Positions 55,019-64,000 of a stretch of 64,000 bases of DNA are shown here, piece by piece. Source of the DNA: Octopus sinensis. Its lineage: Eukaryota. The position numbers and the translations under genes were made by a program. Location of the stretch: positions 25,792,001-25,856,000 of the forward strand of contig NC_043012.1 in assembly GCF_006345805.1 (NCBI RefSeq). The letters run 5' to 3'. Position 1 is the stretch's first letter. Each line of letters starts with the position of its first letter. Under the pieces are notes generated by a model. That model ran no database searches, was not told the DNA's origin, and saw only the letters and a list, made by a program, of their open reading frames with translations.

Positions 55019-55487
55019 CAGTATGTACATATATATAAGCAAAGATAGATATTACATATTAGATTATTATTATTATATATATGTATATATATGTGTATAT
55101 ATATATATATATAATATAATATATATATATGTATATATATATGTAGTATGTATGTATGTATGTATGTATGTATGTATGTATGTATACACACACGCGACGG
55201 GTTGTTGTGTTGTATGGTCGGGTTGTTGTGTTGTATGGTCGGGTTGTTGTGTTTCTACATACTCATGTGCATTTTCAATCGATCTTTCGATTGATCTGTT
55301 TATAAACATTTCTGTGTGAGTAGAAGACATAAATATAGTCACGCACATACGCACACACATACACACACACGCACACACATATGCACACAGATGCGCCCGC
55401 GTACACACATGAGCGCACCCACACAAACATACACATCAATAGACACATAGTTAGACAGACATACAGAAATAGATACATACATACATA

Positions 55488-55524
<37 letters not shown>

Positions 55525-55606
55525 TATTATATATATATATAATATATATATATTAGTATGTATATATATGGATAGATAGATAGTAGATATATATATATAT
55601 ATATAT

Positions 55607-55644
<38 letters not shown>

Positions 55645-55759
55645 CTAAGATAAATAGATAGATAGATGGATATATAGATAGATATGTGATAGATGGATAG
55701 ACAGATATATATATATATTGATATATATATATATATTATATATAAATATATAATATATA

Positions 55760-55809
<50 letters not shown>

Positions 55810-56488
55810 ATATATAGATAGATAGATAGATGATAAATAGATAGATAGATAGATAGATAGATATCCGTTACACAATTTTAAGATGCACTTCGTAATTCCT
55901 TGTTATATAGATATTCTTTTTGTATGTCACAGAACATATTTGAAATATTTCCTCACTGTCGCTTTGTTGAATTTGTTGTTGTCGCTGATGTTATAGATAT
56001 GTTTCAATTCCTTTTATTCTCTTTTTATAGAGATTTCTACGGAAATCTATTACAAATATATTGTTTAAGATTGCTTTTGTTTTAGCTACAGTGTTGCTGT
56101 TATGGTTTCGTTGTTGAATTCTTTAAAAATTCTTGTCGTCTTTGTCGTTATTGTTGACATTGCGAAGCAGCATTTCAATGCTGATTGATCCTACGGGTGA
56201 AACACAAACATTCTCACCTGAAATAGAAAATTTTAAAACGTTATTTACATTATTTACATTAGACGGATATTTCTCCTCATCTTGTTTGCTGTTAAAACAA
56301 CGTTTCGGCTAATATACCCTCCAGCCTTTTTCTGGTGTCTTGGGGAAATTTCGGACCTGGGTTCTGATTCCTCAGGTATTATTCGATGTTATCATTACTA
56401 TTATTATTATTATTATTATAATTATTATTATTATCATAATTATTATAATAATAATTATTATTGTTGTTATTGTTGTTGTTATTGTTCA

Positions 56489-56562
56489 GGTTACTGCTTG
56501 GAATCGAACTCGGAATCTTAGGGTTAGTAGCCCGCGCTCTTAACCAATACGCCATATGACCG
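56489..56562 (-). other. tRNA-derived SINE head with Pol III A and B boxes (not a functional tRNA)
   Basis: TGGCGTATTGG A-box, CTACTAA anticodon-like loop, GAGTTCGATTCC B-box; imperfect stems. Confidence 0.7.
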
Positions 56563-56582
56563 TGGGTTCGAAATTTCCCCAA

Positions 56583-56629
56583 GACACCTGAAGAAGGCTT
56601 GGAGGGTATATCAGCCGAAACGTTGTGTT
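56583..56629 (+). ncRNA. Minimal Penelope-type hammerhead, intact core
   Basis: GACAC-CTGAAGA-A-GGCT(13 nt)AGCC-GAAA-CGTT-GTGTT; ACGU palindromic stem III, GUU triplet; predicted cut after 56624. Confidence 0.7.
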
Positions 56630-57014
56630 AACAACAAACAAGATGAGAACAAATATCCGTTGAATGTAAATAATGTACATAATTCCTCATCTCTTAAATA
56701 TAGAACGGCATCGAACCCAGTGTTCAACTGGTACATATATTTATCGACCCGAAAGGGATAAAAGATAAAGCTGACCTCGGCGTAATTTGAACTCAAGACG
56801 TAAAGTCGGACGAAACACCACTGAGCATTTTACCCGGCGTGTAAGCGATTCTCCCAGCTCACCTCTTTAAAGTTTCAAATTTTTGGTTCAAGGACATTAA
56901 TTTCGCGGGAGGCGCTAAATCGATTATATCGACCCTCAGTATTCTTCTGGTACATATTTTATGGACTCCCAAAGGGATGAAAGACAAATTCGACCTCGAG
57001 GGAAGGCGGACAAA

Positions 57015-57208
57015 ATCGTGGTTAATGCCGTTGTTGTTCCAGTTGATGTTCGTGATGGGGTTTTGTCTGTTGCCGGCGTTGATATTATTGTCGCCGCCCC
57101 GCCTTTTTTTTTAGTTGCTGTGGTAAATATTTCAGATGTGCGTAATGCTGGTGGTGAAGATGATACTGGTGTAGCTGCTGCGGTTAGTGCTGCTGCTATT
57201 GCTGAATA

Positions 57209-57240
<32 letters not shown>

Positions 57241-59413
57241 ATGAGGATGATGATGAGGATGAGGATGAGGATGATGATGATGAGGATGAGGATAAGGATG
57301 ATGATGTCTATGACGTCAATAATGTTGGTGATGATGATGATGATGATGATGATGCTGTTGATGATGATGATGATGATAATGATGATGGTGACTTGGCGAT
57401 GATGATGATGATGACGATCATGATGATAATGATGAGGATGATGTTGATGACGACGATGATGATGATGATGATGATAATGATGATGATGATGATGATAACT
57501 ACGACGTTGATGATGATGGTGATGAAGAAGATGCAGCTGATGACGGAGAAGTTGGTGGTGATGATGGTGGTAGTGACGTTGAAGTTAATGTGACTTTTGG
57601 CACAGGCGGTGATATTTTGCTGTTTAGCGGGTTGTGAAGGAGGCGCAGCTGATGGTGAAGCATTTTGCACGGCGTGCTGGCGATTTTATCAGTTTGCCGC
57701 CTTCAGGTTTCAAACTTTGACAGAAGGTCAGTAACTGCGTCGGAGAGGCCAAACTATTGCACCGACCTCAGTATTCAACTGGTACTTATTTTATCGACCC
57801 CACAAGGAATAAAAGAAATCGACCATGGTGGAATGTGAACTAAGGATATAGGAGCACTCCGTCGGTTACGACGATGAGGGTTCCAGCTGATACAATCAAC
57901 GGAACAGCCTGCTCGTGAATTTACCGTGAAAGTGATTGAGCAAGCCACAGACACGCGTACACCTAAATTAGTTCTCAGGGAGATTCAGTGTGACACAGAG
58001 CGTGACAAGGCCGGCCTTTTGAAATACAGGTACAACTCATTTTTGCCAGCTGAGTGGACTGGAGCAACGTGAAATAAAGTGTCTTCCTCCAGGACATAAC
58101 GCGTCGCCGGGAATCGAACTGACGACCTTACAATCGTGAGCAGAATGCCCTAACCACTAAGCCACGTGCCTTCACAACTAAGGATATAAAGACGGACGAA
58201 ATACCACTGAGGATTTTGCCCGGCGTGCTAACGATTCTGCCAGCGCGCCGCCTTCATCAACTTGGATATCGGAGGCATAACATATCCACAAATTATTTAC
58301 ACATCGTAAATATATTGCAAGAACTTTGTTTTGTTTTGATGCGTGCATTTTCGCCAATATTAATGACCAATTCTTATTGAAACCAAACCAAACCAAACCA
58401 AAACAATGAATATTGTATACACAACGACTTGTTAAATTATAATATACGTGTTTCCAAATTACCGAATTAGCAGTGGGAGTTTTCAAATTCGAAACGCCAT
58501 CACATCCAGGGAATTTGCAGAAATTTAAGTAAGTGTTTCTTATGTACATATATAGTACATAGTAGTACCATATAACACATCATAATATGAAATTAGACAT
58601 TGGATTATGTTGTTAGTAAGACAATAAACGATAAGAGGCTTTCAAAACAAGACCTGAGAGATATGTTAATCAGTGCGGTATATCAAGTCTTTAATTACGA
58701 CATTTGAAGAGCCATGCATATCAGGACAGGTTTATGGAGGCGGAGATAATAAAAATGGTTTTAATAGTGAGCGTAAGAATAAACATTTAAATAGTATACA
58801 CCCACTAGTAAACCAGATATTACGATACAGATAAACAGACACATAAGCATATGTATATATGTATGTATGTATGTGTGTGTGTGTGTGTGTGTGTATGTAT
58901 TATCATGCAGTACCGATTTACAGTAAACATCATAGTAAAAGTAATCACATCTGTGTAGGACTACATTTCATACAATGTAATGAGGCTGCACTTAACGAAA
59001 TGCGTTGGCGCATTGATATATCAGTGATTAAATGTCTGCTTGATTAAACAGACAGAAACAAAAGGAAATAGTTACCACCACCACCACCACCACCACCACC
59101 ACTACCATCGTCGTCGTCGTCGTGGACGTTGTTGTCATCGTTGTCGTAGTCGTTATGGATTCAGTGAGGGAGCCATCCTCGCCACTGCCGACACATTCAT
59201 CTTCACCATTAGCTGCGCCCTCCCAACCACAAAATATCACCGCCTGTGCCAACACTCGCATTAACTTCAACGCCACTACCACCATCATCACCACCACCAC
59301 CACTACCACCACCACCACCACCACCACCACCACCACCACCACCACTCTCTCCGTCATCATCTGCATCTTCTTCATCAACAACCATCGTCGCCGACATCAT
59401 CATCATCGTAGTT

Positions 59414-59444
<31 letters not shown>

Positions 59445-59778
59445 ACGTCGCCATCATCATTATCATCTGCATCATCATCATCATCAACATCAACATCGTC
59501 AACAACATTATCGTCGTCATAGACATCATGCTCCTCCACCTCCTCCTCCTCCTCATCATCATCATCATCATCATATACAGCAACAGCAGCATATCACTAA
59601 CCGCAGCAGCGACACCAGTATCATTTTCACCACCAGCATCACGCACCTCCTAAATATTTACCATAGCAACTAAAAAAAACAAAAAAAGGGCGGCGCAGTG
59701 ACAGTAACATCAACGCCGGCAAAAGACAAAATCCCCATCACGAACAGCAACTGGAACAGCAACACCATTAACTACGAT
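57015..59778. repeat. Diverged inverted duplication, about 0.6-kb arms, 1.5-kb spacer
   Basis: 57015-57660 matches the reverse complement of 59201-59778 in the non-repetitive parts. Confidence 0.9.
57852..58172 (-). mobile_element. SINE with family D head and family C tail
   Basis: Tail matches 27290-27410; head matches 23370-23480. Confidence 0.7.
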
Positions 59779-60334
59779 ACCCCAAAATAACAATAGACGC
59801 AGCCATAATTTTTGGATCAAAAATATGATGTAATTATAAAGAAGTTTCCTCTATAAACGGAAATTAGGGAACCACATGACTAGTCCCCATCATGAACCTT
59901 CAATTGTTTTATCAAAACCCTTATTATTTTCCAAGATAATATTCTTTATCTCGCACCGGGTACACGCCATATTGCACTTGTGATCATCTTTGCCTTGTCA
60001 TTCTTTGTATTTTGTTCATTTTTTTCTATGTAAGACTTCCTCTTCATCTGTTCGTCTCCCTGTTTTCTCGAGTCGATATCATTCTTCGCAATCTCATTCC
60101 TTTTTCTTTCAGCCTACTTCTTTCGCTATTATTTGCTTCTTTCTCCCAACCACATCATCCGCATCATTACACATTTTTCTCTCTTGTATTTATTTCCATA
60201 TTCATATATTTCTGCTCTCATGGTTGTCCGTCTTCTTGTTCTTTTGGTTGGCACTTCTTCTTGCGCTTCTTCTTCTTCTTCTTCTGATCATCTCATCATC
60301 ATCATCATCATCATCAGTAGGAAGGATTATTATA

Positions 60335-60962
60335 TTTATTATTCTTTCTCTGTATCACCGGCTTTGTTGGAACTCCTGGGGTCTTACATGTGCATCGGGC
60401 TTGCTACCTGCAGCCTATGGAGCCATGCTATCCATTCTTTTCAACTATCTAATACTTTCTTGATCATTCTAGCTGTGCCAATGGCCAAAACATTTGTAAC
60501 AGTTCTACTGGACACACAATTCTACTTTCCTTTATATGCCCTTTGATGGCTTCTGATAATGTTCCCAAGGGCAGAAAAATAATTGGCACTATCTTCACCT
60601 TTTTTATTTTGCATAGCCGGTTTATTTCGTACTTAAGAGGTTTGTATTTATCCATCTTGAGTATTTGTGGGTCAAAGGAGCATGCAACATCAACTATATA
60701 GCATATGTGGTGTGTCTTGTCTACCACCACCAGGTCTGGTCTGTTATGACCTGATCTGTTTGGATTGGGAAATCCCAAAGGATTTAGCTTGTCTCCGACT
60801 CTACTACTCTTTACAGTTTGTGCTCATTCCACGTATTGCCCCTCTTTAGCTCCCACTTTTCGCACAGCTTCCAATGTAGCTTTTTCGCTACGTGATAATT
60901 TCGCCAGAACTTGTAGTGGTTTTGGGAAAGTCTAGGGCATTTGTTCCTGATATAAGCAATGG
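60335..60962 (-). mobile_element. R4/Dong-like 3' fragment with REL endonuclease
   Basis: HNRPDLVVVDKTHHICYIVDVACSFD (PD-D/ExK-like); homologous to 19790-20480. Confidence 0.85.
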
Positions 60963-61420
60963 TTATTATTATTATTGAGTGAGAGAGCAGTGCATGCCAT
61001 CAAAGTGAAACTGGGGTACAGATATACGAAGCGCAATGTACCCATCACGACTACTCGTCTGCTAAAGTTACAGCATGTACATGCATCACAACCATATGTG
61101 CGCAACATGGTGACGTTATATCAATGGAAAGAGTGCATGACCTTGCAGATAAGGCTCCTGCTCAGAAATTTTTGAATAAGGGTTGTTTGAGGATGTTGAA
61201 CGAAAGACTCGTGTTTTCAGAAGGGAATTATTCAAACTCCCAAAACTCACTCTCAGCACATGAGTGATGATGCTCTCTGCTTCTGCTCGTGATCAGAGAT
61301 GCATATATCGTCAGACTCTAAGGAACATGCTCAACTAGTGTAAGGTCAAACAATTAACAAGCAAATTTGTGTTATTTACTGTAGCCCATCTTTTATGCCT
61401 AGACATATAAACGATAACAC
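60963..61420 (-). repeat. Unclassified interspersed-repeat-like segment with (AAT)n end
   Basis: (tta)n end and retroposon-like composition; family not assignable from this window. Confidence 0.3.
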
Positions 61421-62139
61421 TTTCGATCAGTTAAGATAAAAAGCCGATAGCCGCATTGGCAGAATCATTAGTACGCTGGGCAAAATGGTTAGCTTAATTC
61501 CATCTGATTTAAATTCTGATTTCAAATTCCACCGAGGTCGACTTTGCCTTCCATCATTTCCTGGTCGATAAAATAATTATTTGTCATCGACTAGAGTACA
61601 ATTTATAGACTCGCCCCCTTTTAAATTTCTGCTAGTCACCGGAACAAGAAACGTTTATTATCATTCATCTTCAATTTTTTTCTTCTGTAATAGCAATGAA
61701 AATAGTAGTAGTCGTAGCAGGGCAGCAGCAGGAGCAGTAGATGTAGTATTAGTGGCATCAGTGATCATTTGCGTACCCCTTATCCCTCAGCATCTGGTAA
61801 TTGGATGTATCATCCTAGACACCAAACCACAACCATCCTTATCAGCAACACCGTTCAGTACAACAGTCCTCCTTTCCGTCTAATCTCCCAGATTCCTTAT
61901 TTCTCATCAGCTTTACAGTCATCATAATCCTCATCATCAATCAACATCTTTGACTACGCCGTCGTCGTCATCATCATCATCATCATCATCACCATCTTTA
62001 TCATCGTCATCAACGTCTTGCCGCAAAGAAACTCATAAGAATAATCACCATCGTAATCGCAAGCCCATCATCATCATCATCAACGTTAGCAGGTGCAATA
62101 TACTTACATCATAACCATCAACCAGAGGCTCCTCAGAAT

Positions 62140-62380
62140 GTTGTACCAACAGCAATGTCTTCGCCTCCTCCTCCTCCCCCTTCTTCTTCTTCTTCTTCAT
62201 ATTTCGTTCTTCTCTCCTCTTTCTTCCTCTTTTGTTCTTTTCTTCTTCTTCTGCTTTATCTTGTTCCTCTTTTACTTCATCTTTTTGTTCTCCCTCTTCT
62301 TTTTCTCCTCTTCTTCTTTTGTTCTTCTCTCTTTTCTCAGCTTCTTCTTCTTCTTCTTCTTCTTCTTCTTCTTTTTCTCC

Positions 62381-62411
<31 letters not shown>

Positions 62412-62560
62412 CTTCTTCTTCTTTTTCGTCTTCATATTTAGTTCTTCTCTCCTCTTTCCTCCTCTTTTGTTCTTTTCTTCTTCTGCTTTATCTTGTTCAT
62501 CTTTTACTTCCTCTTTTGTTCTCCCTCTTCTTTTTCTTCTTCTTCTTCTTCTTCTTCTAT
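62140..62560. repeat. Degenerate (TTC)n tract with internal 120-bp duplication
   Basis: 62194-62315 matches 62430-62545. Confidence 0.85.
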
Positions 62561-63059
62561 GTCTTCTCATCTCTTTCGCCAGCCTCACCATCACCTCGCT
62601 TCGTCACCGTCATCCTCCTCATTATTATCAGCAACAGTACGACTGTCACCACCCCTTACATTAACAATACGGGCATAACCACAACCGACGTAAAATTCAT
62701 TACCACCATCACCACCCTCCTCATCATCTTCATCATAGTCGTTTCCATCATCATCATCATCATCATCACCATCCTCATCATCATAATCAACATCATCATC
62801 ACAAGGGACAACAACAAATATCATGCCATCGCTTTTCCTTTTTGCAGACAATCGCCTTCAATCCATCGATAAACCAGAAACAAACAGCTGGTAACCAGTC
62901 TGCATTTCAAAGCTAACATCCGCTTCCGGCCACAGAAACAAGAACAAAAGAACGAAAAAAATGTGATCGACACCATTCTTCATCCCCCAAACATGAAATA
63001 ACCAACATTATCAAAAGCTACCACCAGACATTTATCTCTAAATGCAACATGTACCTGCA

Positions 63060-63094
63060 ATGTTTATCAATATATGCTATACGTTAATATAAAT

Positions 63095-63132
<38 letters not shown>

Positions 63133-63680
63133 GTATAAATATATATATCTATATATGTATGTTTATATATATATATGTTTATGCATATATATATATATGT
63201 GTGTGTGTATGTACATACATATATATATATACATATGTATATACACACACACACATATATATATGTGTGTGTGTGTTGTGTGTGTGTGTGTGTGTGTGTA
63301 TATATACAGGCATACATATATATAGACATACATATGTAAGTATATGATAAATTTATGTATGTATACGTATTTATATTTATATATACATAAATATATATAT
63401 ATATATATATATATATCAATATATGTATGTTTATATATATATTTATACATATATATATATATACATATATATACATACATGCATATATACATATATGTAT
63501 ATTCATGCATATATACATACATACATGTGTATATATTATATATATATATATATATTATATATATATATGCATACATATACATATCTATATATACATATAT
63601 ATACATGTGTGCGTATACATATGCGCGAGCGTGTGTGTATACACATGCACACACACACACACATACTTATGTATGTGTTT
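63060..63680. repeat. Compound (TA)/(CA)/(TG) microsatellite; similar tracts occur throughout (e.g. 3200-3510, 18500-19140, 33700-34060, 52080-52320, 54840-55860)
   Basis: Directly visible. Confidence 0.95.
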
Positions 63681-64000
63681 AGTTTTTGGCTGCTGTGCCA
63701 TATGACATTTGACATTTGCAATATTTACAATTACGACCGATTCCTAACATATTTGACGCCCCTGTTCCCTCATTTGTTAATATACCTTTCCTGTTGTATG
63801 TTTTCGAAATACCAACGCTCTCGTCTTCCCGGTCTCTCGCCAATACTTTGAAGTCTGACACTCGTCACTATTAGACGGTTCAATGTTTATACGGATGCCA
63901 ATATATAGAACCATGTATGTATAACACGCACACACGTACAAACACACAGACACACACAAATAGACTTACAAGCATACACACATACACAGATACATACGAA

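Larger units (their letters stand above)
56240..56706. mobile_element. Composite: tRNA-like head, (AAT/AAC)n and Penelope-like hammerhead tail, with an inverted second tail
   Basis: 56240-56358 (minus) is an inverted copy of 56565-56683 (plus); head at 56489-56562. Confidence 0.7.

Noticed and set aside
55199-55253. 21-bp unit repeated about 2.5 times
   Set aside because: Ordinary minisatellite with no spacers; not CRISPR-like.
56961-57593. 210-aa Ala/Asp-rich ORF resembling acidic shell proteins
   Set aside because: The inverted paralogue has a frameshift and a stop in the same stretch; ATG context comes from a SINE remnant.
62093-62872. 259-aa Phe/Ser/Leu ORF
   Set aside because: (TTC)n and (ATC)n translation.
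63679-63900. Possible GIY-YIG C-terminal remnant
   Set aside because: Similarity too vague; diagnostic residues absent.

Overview
Repeat-saturated, AT-rich eukaryotic DNA, most likely an octopus intron or intergenic region. This is inferred from the SINE set and the very high microsatellite density, not from a database search. No intact host gene is recognisable, and most ORFs in the track are translations of simple repeats. Supported features: three or four tRNA-derived SINE families; decayed non-LTR retroelement fragments (gag-like Tx1/L1-type ORF1 in three pieces, two R4/Dong-like 3' ends, one CR1-like APE-RT); non-autonomous Helitrons; Tc1-type MITEs; a 348-bp foldback element with a 9-bp TSD; and several local tandem and inverted duplications. 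The most interesting signal is a set of type I hammerhead ribozyme motifs in several unrelated sequence contexts. Most lie in Penelope-like element ends arranged as inverted repeats and inserted in (TA)n tracts. One is the tail of a tRNA-headed element, which suggests a Penelope-mobilised, hammerhead-bearing SINE. All folds were read by eye; none was computed or tested.
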